From NCBI RefSeq assembly GCF_009914755.1, contig NC_060943.1: a DNA stretch of 64,000 bases; one strand, 5' to 3'. The position numbers and the translations under genes are program-made. The first letter of the stretch is position 1, and each line of letters opens with the position of its first letter. The notes beneath the pieces were generated by a model. That model had not been told where the DNA came from and searched no databases. It worked only from the letters and a program-made list of their open reading frames with translations. Positions 1 to 22,430 of the stretch are shown one piece after another. The stretch is from the human T2T-CHM13v2.0 reference genome, Homo sapiens.

Positions 1-74
1 AGTAGATAGGAAAGTGCTGACATCTCCAGGGGCTAGAACGTGGTTTCTAGTTTCTTAATTTTGCTTCAGGATTT

Positions 75-390
75 TTTTCTCTTTTCTGTTTTTTTTAGAG
101 ACAGGCTCTTGGTTTGTTGTCCAGGCTGTAGTGCAAAGGCACAATTACAGCTCACTGAAGCCTCAAATTCCTGGACTCATGTGATCCTCCCATCTCAGTC
201 TCTTGAGTAGCTGGGACTACAGGCAGATGCCACCATACCATGCCTGGCTAATTTTTGTTTATCTTTTATAGAGATGGAGTCGGGTGCGGGGGGTGGGTCT
301 CACCATATTGGCCAGGCTGGTCTTGAACTCCTGGCCTCAAGCAACCCTCCCACCTTGGCCTCCCAAAGTGCTGGGATTACAGGTGTGAGC
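75..390 (-). mobile_element. Alu (old, AluJ-like)
   Basis: Antisense Alu consensus with a poly-T start. Confidence 0.85.
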
Positions 391-777
391 TGCCAGCTCC
401 TGGTCTGGCTTAAGCCTCCAGCCCTTCTACTTCTTTATTCCAGGGGCCTCTACCCTATTTCAAGTACGAGGAGAGACAGAGATTCACAAAACTTTTGTAT
501 CTGGTGCAGGGGCTCACACCTGTAATCCCAGCACTTTGGGAGGCCAAGGTGGGAGGATTGCTTGAGCCCAGGAGTTTAAGAGCAGTCTGGGCAACACAGC
601 AAAACCCTGTCTCAAAAAACAACAAAAACCTAGGACAGGACTGGAGGCTGACTGTGCGCAGTGAGGCAGGAGAGCCAGCCAGCCCCAGGTGGTGCTGCGA
701 AGTGTAGATTTTATTAGCATTGTGGGATGGTGAGGCCGCCTGAGCAGCAGACGATTGCCATTGAAAGATGACCTGTT

Positions 778-1305
<528 letters not shown>

Positions 1306-1833
1306 TCAGGGCAGGTGGATGGTGGCCTGGGTGGTGGGTTGGCTGGTTTGTACAGGAGAGGCATGCGCTTGGGCCAGTCCCTGACTATCTCCAGGAACTG
1401 GTAACCCTGGGAGGGGTGGTCCTTCTACGATCAGCAAGGCCCCTGATGTCAAAGCATCAGAGTACAGAAAATCAAGCACATAGTTACTATCGTCAGCCTC
1501 TGCAACTCAGGGGGTCAAGACTGTTGCTGAGACGAACAATGTGGGGTGGGGGTCTCTGTCCAAGTCTGCAACCAGGTTAAAGGCACCTGTGTTCAAATCG
1601 CAGCTTTGTCTGAGAAATCTGTGTTTTCTCAGGCCAGTTAGGGAACCCTTCTGTGCCTCAGTTTCCCCATCGGTACAATGGGGATGGTGGTAAGCACATC
1701 AGTGTCTCCTGGGGCAGCGATGAAGATGAAACGAAGATGAAACGGGTTAATCCAAGGCTGGCAGAGGCGCTGGGGAATGGGATCTGTGGCCCCTGGGGGA
1801 GCGTGCCAGGGCCTGCTATAATGGGGGTGCTGA

Positions 1834-6647
<4,814 letters not shown>

Positions 6648-8874
6648 GCCAGAAACCAGGGCTTCCCTACCCCCAGCTGACACTGGACCCCAACATGTAT
6701 GCTCAGTAGCTGCTCTGGCTTCTGTGACTTACTGTGCGCCTGTGTGCATGGGGAGCGAGGGCTGTGTGGAGTCTCCGGCCTGGAAACTAGTTTGTGTGTG
6801 CATGTGTCTGTGTGACGGTGGCATGAGTGTGCATGCATACGTGTCACATGTGTGAACAGTTTCTGCACTTAGACGCGTGCACAGGTGGTCTGTACGTACA
6901 TGCTGGTAAAAAACATGTCTGTGACACACATTCAAGCACAAATGTACCCATGTCTGAACAAGCAGGCATGCCTGCATGGCACTTTTCTTGTAGAGACAAG
7001 GTCTTTGTGGCCCAGGCTGGAGTACTGGCATGAGCATAGCTCACTGCAGCTTTGAACTCCTGTCTCAAGTGACCCTCCTGTTTCAGCTTCTACAGGCGTG
7101 CACAATGCCTGGTTAATTTTGTTTTCTTGGTATGTTGGCCAGGCTGGTCTCAAATTCCTGGCCTCAAGCAATCCTCCTGCCATGGCCTCCCAAAGCACTG
7201 GGATTACAGGTGTGAGCCACCACACCCAGGTGGTATGTTTATGCACCTTTCCATATGAGCACTGGAAGCAGGTAGGCTGGCTGAGGACATGGTGGACCCT
7301 GTACGTACCTCCACTTGCAGCTTGTGACAAGGCCTTACTCAGTGAGCCTCAATGTGGACCATGTGCTCTGTGGAGACCAGGCTCACAGGAGTTGGACCCT
7401 CAAGTCTGGTTATTTGGTGACCTCCATAGCTCTCAATGCAACCATGAACTTGGGTAGAGTCAGAGGGATCTGGCAGCAGACCTGAGAAAGGTGCACGATT
7501 CAAAGCCTGGTTTCCGAGGCTGTGCGCCTCTGGGCAAGTGATAGGCCCTGATGTGTCTCACTTGGCAGAACCATGACTCTAACCCAGTGGACTCCACAAC
7601 TCCAAAAATTAACTTCCTAGGGACAGGTAGAGAGCAGGGAAAACCGATGACACTCTCGGCTGTGCACTGTAACTGCTACAAGTAATGTGGAGGCGCTGGC
7701 CAATACAGTAGCCATGACCATGTATGGCTATTTAAATTTAGGTTAAATAAAATGGAGTGTTCAGCTCCCAACCATCACATGGGCCACACATCCACCACTG
7801 CAATCATTTCTCAGATGCTGATGAGAGCTACTCCTCCCACACTCATGCAGCAGCAGGCGCTGTGGAGCACCTGCACAGGTGCCCTTTGAGCCCCTGGCCC
7901 CCCAAGGGGAGGCTCCCATAGTGTGGCCTAGAGCAGAGCGCCCGCCCCTCCCAGGCCTTGCCCCACACCCATGGCTGTGTGGCACTGTCTAACCAGGGAA
8001 CCCGTAGGGAGCCCTGGTACAGTGGATGCTTAATAACAGCCACTTGGCCCCCATTAGATGGGGCAGTCGGAGAAAGGTTCAAAGCCATTCCCAGTGACCC
8101 AGGACCTAAAAAAGGCACAGGATCCAGAAACGCCAGGGAGTGGAAGCTGGGACAACCCTTCCTCCACACAAGGGCCACCTGCATACTGCCCTAGCCCATT
8201 TCTTCCCAGGGTGCTGAGGGCAGCCTCTCATGCAGACTCATCCCTGGGGAGTCCCCAGACCTGCCTCACTGCCCTACCCGGCATTCCCTAGAGGAGCTGG
8301 GTGGTCATGGGCCACCCCAGATGGATGCCAGGAGCCACGACCCTGGGAAGGCTGAGGAATGAACACCCCTTACACTTTCTGGCCCTGGGAGGGAGCCTGG
8401 CTTCCTTGCAGGTTCATGGAGACCCCAAGTGCCAGGTGGGGTTACCTGTGGCTGTGACCAACTCCCACCTGGTGGCAAGAGCCCACCCTTTCCCAGCAGC
8501 CTGCTGGAAGGACCTGTTCAGAGCTGGGGGCCTGCTAGTGGGCAGAGGCCTGGGTGGCTCCCCCTGGACGCAGCTCAGCAGCTGAACCCACAGAGGATGA
8601 AGCACCAGAGTTTGGAGTGTTCTGTCCGCTGTTTAACAGGGGCCCCTGTGCCCAAGGCCTCAGCTGTGAGGTCAGAACTGCTAGGGCTCAGTGAGTCCTC
8701 ACAGAGCTGTCACCTGAGATTCCGGCCCCAGCACACCCTAAACCCAGACCAACACAGAAGCCACACACAGCAAAAGCAGACCCATCAGAAGGGACTGGCT
8801 GCCCACAGCACACAGCCAATGCACGCTTTCAGAGAAGGCATAGCAACAGAGACCTTAAGAGAAAACCCGTGACA

Positions 8875-9200
<326 letters not shown>

Positions 9201-9583
9201 TCAAGATGCTTTTATGTCAAGGGTGTGGGGTTGCCCTGCTTGGCCTGCAGTGCTTTGGGGCCCCATGTGGTGGAGGGGTGGGCACCCATGGTACCCACCC
9301 ACCCTGCTGCCTGGGCAGAAGTGCAACATGGCACACGATGCCTGGGGGATCACTCCCCCCAGGGACTCATGGTCAGTGTCCACTCACAAGGCCTGCTTCC
9401 CTCATGACATCTGGCCAGTGACACCCACAGGGGAGGTTGGGGGCAGACACCCTTCTCTTCCAGTACCCTTGAACATGGTGTCAGGGTGTGGCTAGCTCGA
9501 CGGACACCGAACAGCTCCACAGGGAGGGTAGTGCCCAAGGCTTTTTGCCTCCCCTACCATGTCCCGCACTTCCTGAATGCAGC

Positions 9584-9937
9584 TCAAACCAGGAGCAGCT
9601 CCCCCAGGATTCTGGCCTGCTTCACCTCTGGAGCACCAGGCCAGGCGGTGTCTGTCCTTGAGAGCCAGGCCCAGGTCTCACGGTGGCATATGGACAGCTC
9701 CTCCCCATAGGCCTGGTCACAATAGGGAAGCGGGGGTGGCTCCTCCCCTAGCCTGCAGGAAGCCCTTGGTAGCCCACTTATCCACCTTCTCCTGGGTGTG
9801 TGGCTCAGCAGCCAAGTCCTTGTGCACTGGGTTGGGTCCCAGCATGAGCCTGGTGGCCTGGCGGGCCCTGGCACCATGGAGAGCAGCCTGCTGCCAGTGA
9901 TGGCCTGGATCTCCAAGACGGCCTCCAGCACTGTCAT
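9584..9937 (-). CDS. C19orf48: Historically annotated 117-aa C19orf48 ORF (coding status doubtful)
   Basis: ORF MTVLEAVLEIQAITGSRLL...ILGELLLV matches my recollection of the annotated C19orf48 protein. It lies downstream of several uORFs. Confidence 0.55.
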   Translation of the reverse strand: MTVLEAVLEIQAITGSRLLSMVPGPARPPGSCWDPTQCTRTWLLSHTPRRRWISGLPRASCRLGEEPPPLPYCDQAYGEELSICHRETWAWLSRTDTAWPGAPEVKQARILGELLLV

Positions 9938-10517
9938 GCCCTTGACCAGCTAGTGCTGGTACAGGACCTGGGTAACAGGCATGTCCTTGGGCGTCACTGG
10001 CTCAGGGGCAGAGGACGAGGTTGAGGAGGAAGCTGGATACCCCTGTCCATGGTGGGCTGGGGCTGGAAGGGTGGCTCAGTGGCCTCGAAGTGCCGGGAGG
10101 ACTCCCAGCTGGCACCAGGCCATCAGCAGCCGGGTGGGCAGTGCCGTGCTGCTGTTGCCCTCAGGGCCTTGCAGTGGTAGCTGAAGATGGCACCTTATCA
10201 GGTTGGATCAGGTCACCCGGCAGCAGCAGCTCTCGAGAGCTGAGGCACAAGGCAGGGGCCCGGCTGTACACCTGCAGGACCCAGGAGAGCCTGTTGCGGT
10301 TCTTGCCCGAAGCGCCGAGATAGCCAGCTCAGTGTCCCTGCAGCAGGAGCAGAACCAGCTCTGGCCCAGGTGGGTGGGTGGCAGCACTTTCCTAGCCATG
10401 GCTGCAGCCACGCCTAGGCAGGAAACAGCAGAGAGTCTGGAGGGATGCTGTCAGGGGAAGGACACAGAAAAGGCACGAATGGGGGAAACAGCCACACCCC
10501 CACCATCACCTCCCGGA

Positions 10518-10614
10518 GTGGGGCCCCTCAGAACCCCGGATGTCAAAGGTCCCGGGGTGCACCGTGTCCTCAGGGGCAGTCAGAGCCCAGTGCTGGACAT
10601 CACGGGGTCCCCAA
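10518..10614 (-). ncRNA. SNORD88B: Box C/D snoRNA SNORD88B (HBII-180B)
   Basis: On the minus strand: box C GUGAUGU, guide AGCACUGGGC plus D' CUGA, terminal D box CUGA, terminal GGGG/CCCC stem. Intronic, about 70 nt upstream of the 3' splice site. The A/B/C letters are assigned from recalled order. Confidence 0.92.
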
Positions 10615-10928
10615 GTGCAGCCCTTTCAAGAACCCTGGACACTGGACATCTCACTGCAACCCAGCCCCAGCCCCCATCCCACCTCCGCCCCCCAACAGGG
10701 TTACTAAGAAGGTTAATGAGCCCAGTGCTTAGGGCAGCGCCTGGCTCAGCACTTGCTGGGCACCTGTCTACATCTGCCTTCTCACCAACACCAGGAGTAA
10801 CAGGCAGCCTCCTCTGTTCTTAATGAGTGATGGTCAGGCCCTTCAGCACCTGGAGGCAGGAGGGCACGGGAGGGGAGAAGGTCAGTGGGGTGCAGGGCAG
10901 CCAAGATACCCACCAGCCCTCCCCAGAG

Positions 10929-11025
10929 CCAGGGCCCCTCAGACCCCCGGGTGTCAAAGGTCCCGGGGGGCACCGTGTCCTCAGTGGCAGTCGGAGCCCA
11001 GTGCTGGACATCATGGAGGCCCCGG
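10929..11025 (-). ncRNA. SNORD88A: Box C/D snoRNA SNORD88A (HBII-180A)
   Basis: Box C AUGAUGU, same guide with D' CCGA, D box CUGA, terminal stem. Paralog of the other two copies. Confidence 0.92.
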
Positions 11026-11950
11026 TGCCCTCACCCCCTCCTGATGTGGGTCCCAGGACCACCTACTGTCCTAAGGGGGACATCACAGAAGAGTGCTGAG
11101 AGATCAGGCAACAAACTGAATGACACTTGGTCCCTGGGGGTGCCAGGCTACCTCCCCTCCCCATCCAGCTCAGCCTGGGTATGGCTCCTTGTATGATCTA
11201 GGCCCACTGACCTCACCCCTCCCCGCCCCCCAGCAGCAGTGTTTCTCTGGAAAACGGGACTAGAGATGCCTGCAGACAGGCACATCTGTGGGGTTCAGTG
11301 AGAGGACGGGGCCAAACCCTTCTGCTTGGGCCTCCCATGCCTAACGGGATACCCCTCAATCGCCTCTGCTGCCCCCGGCCCAGCTCTTCTAAGCTGCTCT
11401 GACTTCACCAGAACCTTCTGTGACATGGGGAAGGGGCAGCTGCCTCTCACTGGGACCCTGGCAGGATAAGTTCAGTTTATTCTCCGCAAAAGCACTAACA
11501 CTGTGGGTGCTCGCTCAGTGGGTGCTGCTGTTTAACCACCTCAGAAACACCAAAAGCCCCATTTTGCATAGAAATATGCTTTGTAGGAAGAGGGGGGTCC
11601 TTGTTTAAACTAATCAAGGAAAATTAAAAACCCAGCCCCCAGCCACAAACTAGCCACATTCCAGGTGTCCAAGAGCCACCCGTGGCCAGTGGCTGCCAGA
11701 CTGGACAAGGCGAGGAACATTTCTATCTGGACAGTCGTAAGGAAGGCGCCGGCCCAGAATCCACAAATGCTACGTGTCCCTTCTGTCTCCCTATCCCGCA
11801 TCAGCTCTGTCGTCTCACCTCTCACACATCCCTACCCAACTGGCACCGACACCACTCATGTCCCCAAGAATCCCCTCTAAGCCAGCCATGACAAACGCTC
11901 AGCTCCATTCACTACCCCACAGAGGATCTCGGATTAAGAGCACAGGACCC

Positions 11951-12278
<328 letters not shown>

Positions 12279-12907
12279 TCAGAAAGATACTCAGGGGAAC
12301 TGCAATCCCAGCCAACCCTGCCCAAAAGCCAGCTTCCTTGCCAGAAATAGCTGAAACCTCCAAGAACCCGGAGAACACACTTTCAGTTCTATTTCGCTGC
12401 AGCCACGGTTCCAGCTCCTGACACCTAAGGAACAAATGAAAATCTTCCCAGAGCTGAGAACACCTGTCTCTTTTCTGATAACACACACTCATGCTTGTCT
12501 GATTTTGCTCTTTGAAACAATTCTCCTGATAAAGCCTGTTATTTTTATTGTGAAAATAGGAGTTCCCTGAATTCTATCAGTTTATATATAAACGGTTCAC
12601 TGCAGGCTAAGCTGTGCTTAAAGACACATTGCATTCAGCCTACAATACCCATGAAGTAACGTGACAGGATCACCTGGTAGTTACTGTCTCTTTTCCACTG
12701 CTGAGTTTTGACATGTTTGATTAGTTCTTTCCCCTGAAACGCAAATGCTTGTTCCCTCCAGTCCACGCATTCCTCTTCTTATTCAAGCCCCACCTTCAGC
12801 AGGCGGGAAGCGCTAGTGCCCCGGGCCATTTGCTCGGTGCCTGTTCCACAGACACAGCAGTGAGGCGCAAAAGAGTGATGGCCTGGTGAATGTCTCCAAG
12901 CCTGTAA

Positions 12908-13570
<663 letters not shown>

Positions 13571-13815
13571 AGATGGTTTTTGTATGTAAACACTGAGTAC
13601 AATCATTGGCACATCAATCAGTTTCTAGAGGTACGGTATGAAGTCAACCTAGACAGTGAGATATTTTAAACCCAGGTGAGTGAAGGAGCAGGAGCAAGGG
13701 TTCTTACCTGGATAGGCATGGTGGGTGGTCCTAAGCTTGAAGCTGCACCTGTAACACAGAAAGACACAGTGAGAGTGGGGGAGGAAACAGTCTGCAAGTC
13801 CACAAGCCATTAAAA

Positions 13816-13912
13816 CTGGGGCCCCTCAGACCCCCAGGTGTCAAAGGTCCTGGGGTGCACTGTGTCCTCAGGGGTGATCAGAGCCCAGTGCTGGACATCA
13901 TGGGAGCCCCAG
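13816..13912 (-). ncRNA. SNORD88C: Box C/D snoRNA SNORD88C (HBII-180C)
   Basis: Box C AUGAUGU, guide AGCACUGGGCU-CUGA, D box CUGA, terminal stem CUGGGGC/GCCCCAG. Confidence 0.92.
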
Positions 13913-13992
13913 CCCCTCTGCAACCAGGTCCTGAGGCCACTTACCTTCAGGGACAGAGGCCAAGCTAACAGAGCTTAAAGAGTAGGAAACGC

Positions 13993-14275
13993 GGCCGGGC
14001 ACGGTGGCTCACGCCTGTAACCTCAGCACTTTGGGAAGCCGAGGTGGGCAGATCACGAAGTCAGGAGTTCGAGACCAGCCTGGCCAATATGGTGAAACCC
14101 TGTCTCTATTGAAAATACAAAATTAGCCAGGCGTGGTGGAGAATGCCTGTAATCTCAGCTACTCGGGAGGCTGAGGCAGGAGAATTGCTTGAACCCAGGA
14201 GGCGGAGGTTGCAGTGAGCCAAGTCGTGCCACTGCACTCCAACCTGGGCGACAGAGCAAGACTTGTCTCAAAAAG
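13993..14275 (+). mobile_element. AluS
   Basis: Alu consensus, TSD aaagagtaggaaa(c/t)gc. Confidence 0.9.
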
Positions 14276-14862
14276 AGTAGGAAATGCAAAACTCATCCAG
14301 AAGGTAGGAATGACCAGTTTTGCTCATGGAGACACCAAGATGCCCCAACCTCCCCAGTGTCACAGGTCCTCGGGGGACTGTCCTCATGGGATGGGTAGGA
14401 CCCCAAATGCACTACATGAAGATGTCCCCGGTGTTCATCCCCCACTGTTTGCAGGTTTCTTTAGCACTGCCTACATCTGCACATAACCCATAAACAGAGA
14501 AAGCTGCCAAGACACAAATCCCCTGGAAGAACTTATTGAGAGAAGGAAGAAGAAACAAAGCCAACTTGTAAATAATAATGAGGAGAGACCCTCGACTGAG
14601 TCAGGTTTGAACATATCAGCTGTAAAAGACATTTCGAAGATGACTGAGGAACAACAGGCACAAAGCAGATTGTTAAATTGCAGTATTAAGGGTGACAATG
14701 CTAATAACATTAAGTAGAAAAATGTTACTGTAGGTACACAAGTACACTATTTTGAGTGAAATATGAACCTTTCTTTCAAGTAAGAGTCTGCTCTGTTGCC
14801 CAGGCTGGAGTGCAGTGGCGCGATCTTGGCTAAAGGCATTCTCCCACTTCCTTCATAAGTAG

Positions 14863-15033
<171 letters not shown>

Positions 15034-15699
15034 TGAAACTTACTTTCAAAACACTTAAGCACAAGGTTTTTGAATATGGCAAGATGGTGCAAATGTTAAC
15101 TTTTCCCATTTGTTGGTAGATTTTAATATTGCCAAAGGACGACGTGCCAACGATGAATGCATGAAAAAATACTTTCACTTGCGACATGAACAAACTCAAC
15201 GATTTTCTAGGTGGTTGCCTGAAGGAGGTAAGTCAAGTAGAGATCCTTGCTGGGGTCGTGGTGGGGGAGATAGGAAATGGGCTAGCTGCTTCCAGGCTGA
15301 GCCTCCTCGGCAGGGGCATGGGCCCCGCTCAAGTCAGGAAACCGATGTTCAAGACCTTAAAGGACCTAAGCCAAAAACTAACGTTAACAAAACCCTCTCA
15401 CGTGGCATGAACGGTCAGAACGACTCCCGCAGGTAAGCAAAGGCCTCGTTTGCTTCCTTCTATATCCATTCCTACACGACTCTCAAACCCGGCAATTCAC
15501 CTAGAAACTTCACTCTCACTTCTTTGGTAACTCGATACCCTATCTGTGCCCCCATGGAACCCCCCAAAACCCTCTCCCGTCCCCCAGTCTTTGTTCTAGG
15601 TTGCACAAAAATGCCAGCCATCCAGAATTTTAAAAGCAAGAGAGAATTCCTAAGGAAGCACCTGTAGGTAGCACGAAAATGGAAACACTCGGAAAGAAC

Positions 15700-16640
15700 T
15701 CAATGTCGCCTCCCAGCCCGCCCACCCCTCTCCCCCAACCAAATCGACAAGATGGCGGAGGCCCGTGGCGTGCGGGCAGCACAAGGGGCGAGCTCCGCCG
15801 CGGGGCAGACGGAGGGGGGTCCGCCCCAGCATCCCCGCTCGCGCCAGCTATAGGAGTCGCAAACTCCCAGGCGGCCCAAACAGCCACCACCATCCCCGCA
15901 GAAAACTCCCAGGCTCGCCCCGGAGGGCGCTCTCTGGGTCCTTGCAAACGCCCTGACCCTTTCCACGCGACTACATGGCCGCTCCCGTCGCAGCCTCGAA
16001 CCCTTCAGGACACGTGCGTCTTTCCACACAGCCGGAAAAAGTAATAAACTTAAGAACCTCACCCCAGCATTTCTCTCTCCGAAGCGGGCGCGGGTTGCAG
16101 CACGCGCCATTTTATAGTGCGCGCCGCTCGCAAGGCCGGTCCTCGGCGCCAGCCCGCGCTCCGCCCGAGGCGTCCAATACACACGCCTGTTTGGGAAACC
16201 CCATTTCATGCTTAGGGAAAGGAATACTGCCTGCTTCCGCTAGAATCTTCCTGAACAAGCGAGGAGACGCTGTCTCTGGGGCTGACAAAACGGGGCAAGG
16301 ATATGATGGAAACGATTGTCTTGTCACCTGCGTCCGGCAATTCTGAAGACAGCATCAAAGATGGGCCGTGAAGAGAAAGGACCCCGAGGGCGGCCCGACA
16401 CGAGAGAGAATCCGCGGGGACTATTTGCGCGGCAGGGGCTTGAGCTGAGTGAGGCTGCAGAGGCGGGGCCCAAGCCGAAGGGCCGGACCCAAATTAAGTC
16501 CCAGCCACTGGGCTGGAGGCGGGGCCAGTGTGGAGATTGACAGGGGGCCGTCCTGGGAAAGCGCCCACGTGGCGCAGAATTAGAGGCGGAGCCTACACGG
16601 TGACGCAAGGGCCGGAAGGAGGGACCCTGTGTCTGGAGAA
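15700..16640. promoter_or_regulatory. CpG-island promoter of C19orf48 with TATA box and YY1-like motif
   Basis: High CpG density. The minus strand reads TATAAAATGGCG at ~16116-16105, just upstream of exon 1. GC boxes lie near 16460 and 16520. Confidence 0.8.
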
Positions 16641-16884
16641 GCGGGGGATGGGGGCCTGGACCCCTGGGTCTGAGGGAGGAGGGGCTGGGGTCGTGATTCC
16701 CGTGTTTGGGAGAAAAGGGGGTTGGGAGCTGGGACTCCTGGGGCCGAGGGAGGCCTTTGGGGCTCCCACTCAGTTTTGACGGTCTAAGGCCTGGGGGCCT
16801 GGATTCTTGGTAGGGTTGGAGATCTCAGGAGTGTCTTTCCACTGATAGGATTATACATTCTTTCCACTTATATGATTATTTTGA

Positions 16885-18808
<1,924 letters not shown>

Positions 18809-21036
18809 CTATCTAGATTAAAGTACTATTATTATCCTCATTTTACAGATGGGTTCTACACCTTGCCTGTGGTCACAGAGCTACTAGTGACAGAGCCTGG
18901 ACTCAAAACCAGGCAGCTTAGCCACTGTATGAGAGGGAGATAGATGGCAGCCCCAGGCCAAGGCCCTGTAGGACAATGATATGACTTTGTACTTGGCTTT
19001 CAACTCTGCCCTGTCCAGGAAATGGCTCTCTGTTAGCCCCAAACCATCTTCAAAGGGCCATTACACAGCCTTGTGCTGGGGGACTCTGGGGAAAAGAAAG
19101 ACGGGGTGGTGGTAAGAGCTACTGTTAAGCGTAGGAGGTGAAGTGTGGGTGCAGGGGGAATTTGCTTCCGGAAGGGTAAATTATTAAGGACTGCAAAAAT
19201 AAAGGATGAAGCTAAAAGGGCTTGGGGAGAATGAGATATTCGGCAAACACTGATTAAGCACTATCTGTATGCCAGGGACCATTGGCTCGGCCTCTTTGTT
19301 GACCTTGTGCCTTGAGTCCCTTACTTATGAGTCCCTTCCCTTCCCTATCCCTCTACCCCAGAGGGCCCAAAGATGGCCCCAGAGAGGGGTTTCAGTTCCA
19401 CCAATGCTTCCAAGGCTCAGAGCTAAATTAAAGAATATTCTGGGCAGAAAATACAGATTATTTTAAAAGATAGATTATTAATCTGGATTGAGGCTGGTCA
19501 GAAGAGACTGAAAAAAGATGAGTCTTCATGGGGTTAGGGGCCAGAGAGCAGGGTTGTCAGCGTGGGGTTAGGGGCCAGAGAGCAGGGTTGTCAGACACTT
19601 GGCAGAGAGCTGTTGGAGCAGGCCAGCGGTGAGATCATTCGCGTGTCTTACGTCCGGATGGGCTGGAGCGCCAGGATAGACCAGAAGTACATGTAATTCA
19701 GATAGGACAAGAAGCCTTGTGGAGAGGAAGAGGGCACAGGAGATGAGACACAGAGTTCACCCACCCAATCCCAATCACAGTCCTGTCCCCAGGCCCAATT
19801 GCATGCCCTGCTCTGCATCAAACCCCATCCCCAAACCTATTCTTAAACCCATCACCAATTCCATTCCATACCCTAACCTATTCCCAAACCCATCTCTAAA
19901 CCGAAACTCACCTTCATCCCCTACACTGTCCCTAACCCATACGCAAACTCCAACCCAGTCCCATCCCCATTATCCAGCCCCATGTGCATCCCCAATCCCG
20001 CCTCCCACTTCAGTCACTTCCTATCTAGCCCTGTCCACAACCCCACCCCGTCCCAAATGCTATCCCAAATGCTATTCCTGTCTGCATCCCTGAACCCATA
20101 CCCAAAGCCAACCTCATCCTCTCCCATACCAGTCATCAGGAAGAGGAAGACACTGGCCCAGGTCAGGTAGAAGCTGAGTGCCAGCTGGTAGGTCATGCCT
20201 TCCTGCAGGTACCTGTGGGCCTGCAGCAGGTAGAACAGGATACCCAGTACGATGCTGGTTCCTGCATGAGCACAGGTGTTAGGAGGCTGAGAATCAGATA
20301 TGTAAGGACTCCTTCCCATAGTCATGTGGCTGCCTGGCTCTGGCTCATTATTTCCCCACTTTCTTTAACCTCCCAGACCCTGTACCTTTGCTCCTAAGCA
20401 TGAAGATGGGCTTCTGACCAAGTCCTGCTAGAGGACACTGAAAGGGCAAGCCTTGGGCTTTAACCAGGCAATGGTAAGTCTGTAACCACAGGTTTTGAGG
20501 CCAACAGCAGGGATCTTCCCTGCCTCCACCTCTGGACTTAGGGCAGCCATGCCATATCTCTGAGCCTCAGTTTCCTCATCTGTAGAGTGGGCACAATCAT
20601 AGGACCCATCTCCTTGGGCCGTCATGAGGAGTTACTGAGGTTGGCACATTTCCTGATACACAGCAAGCCCTTAGGGATTGGGATTGATTATTTTCATTCT
20701 ATTGGGTCTTTAATTTAGGGCTTCAGAAGCAATAGACAAGGAACTTGGTCATTCTGGATATATTGGAATGACATGAATTAAAGATAATTTGTGAATAGGA
20801 AAAGACTTTTTCCCCTGGACAGTGGAGTACTGGGTAGTTTTGTCTGATGTTATTGAAAATAATATAGAAGGTATTTTTTGTTTAATTAAAAGGAGGAATA
20901 GACAGAAATGGTTTTCTTATAGAAAAATGTTCTGTTATAGATGGTTTAAAACGAAGGTGTTTTTTATAGTTTTTAAAAAACTCATGCTTTTTTTGCGCAA
21001 TATTCTATACCTTGTACTTTATATTTAAACAATTAG

Positions 21037-21336
<300 letters not shown>

Positions 21337-21489
21337 TGAGCCACTGCACTCGGCCAAGTACTGACATTTCTAATTCAATCCTCAGTACATTTCCATGTGG
21401 TAGCAAATTTTGTCCTGATCCTACAGATGAGAAAACTGTGGCTTGGAGAGATGAAGTAGCTTGAACAAAATCACAGAGCTGCTGCTGAG

Positions 21490-22430
21490 GATGGGACAGG
21501 ATTTGGGATGAGGTTAGAATGGGAGATAGGATTGGGTATTGGGTAGAGGTTGAAGTTTGAGTGTTAGAGGACGAGGTTGAGAGTGGTGTCAGGAATAGGT
21601 TGCAGTTGGGATGGGTTGTGGTTGAAGGTGGGTCGTAGTTGGGGTGGGTTGTGGTTGGGGGTGGGTTATGGTTAGGGGTAAGGATGGGTTGAAATGGGGT
21701 AGTTTGTGGTTGAGGATGGGTTGGAACAGGGATGGTCTGGTTGGGGGTGGGTTGGGATGGGGATGGGTTGTGGTTGGGGATGAGGATGGGGATGGGTTAT
21801 GGTTGGAAGTGGATTGTTGTGGGGATAGGTTATGGTTGGGGGTGGGTTGTGGATGGGATGGTTGTGGTTTGGGTTGGTTGTGGTTGGAGTGAATTGTGGT
21901 GGGGAAGGGTTGTGGTGGGGATGGGTGGTGGTTGGGGGTAAGTTGTGATGGGAGTGGGTTGTGGATGAGGATAGGTCATGGTTGGGGATGAAAATGGATT
22001 GGATATGGGTAAGAGGATGGAGTGGGGAATGGACTAGATTGAGTTTGGCATTGAAGTTCACAGGTGATAGAATTGGGTTGCATTTGAAACATATGTTGAG
22101 GATGGTTGGGATGCTGCAAAGTTGGTTGTTGAGATGTTTGAAGAGGTTGCGGATGGTAATGAGGATGGTTTGGTGATTGGAAAGAATGTAGAATTGGGAT
22201 GGAGTAGGGGCATGAGGGAAAGGGATGTGAATGAGTTTGAGATTTGTTGGTGATGGAGATGGGACTTGAAGTGGAGGCTGGTATTGGGGCTGGAGATAGG
22301 GTTGGGCTGGTGGTTGATGTTTTTTATGGGAATGGGTTAGAGATTTGGAAGGAGATGGGGTTGGGATTGCGGATGATGGTCAGGATGGGGATGGGATTGG
22401 AGTGTGGTGGGGATGGGATTGGGTTTCATG
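21490..22430. repeat. G/T-rich low-complexity tract (GGGTTG/GGGATG-like)
   Basis: Degenerate hexamer-like repeats with strong strand G skew. Confidence 0.7.
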
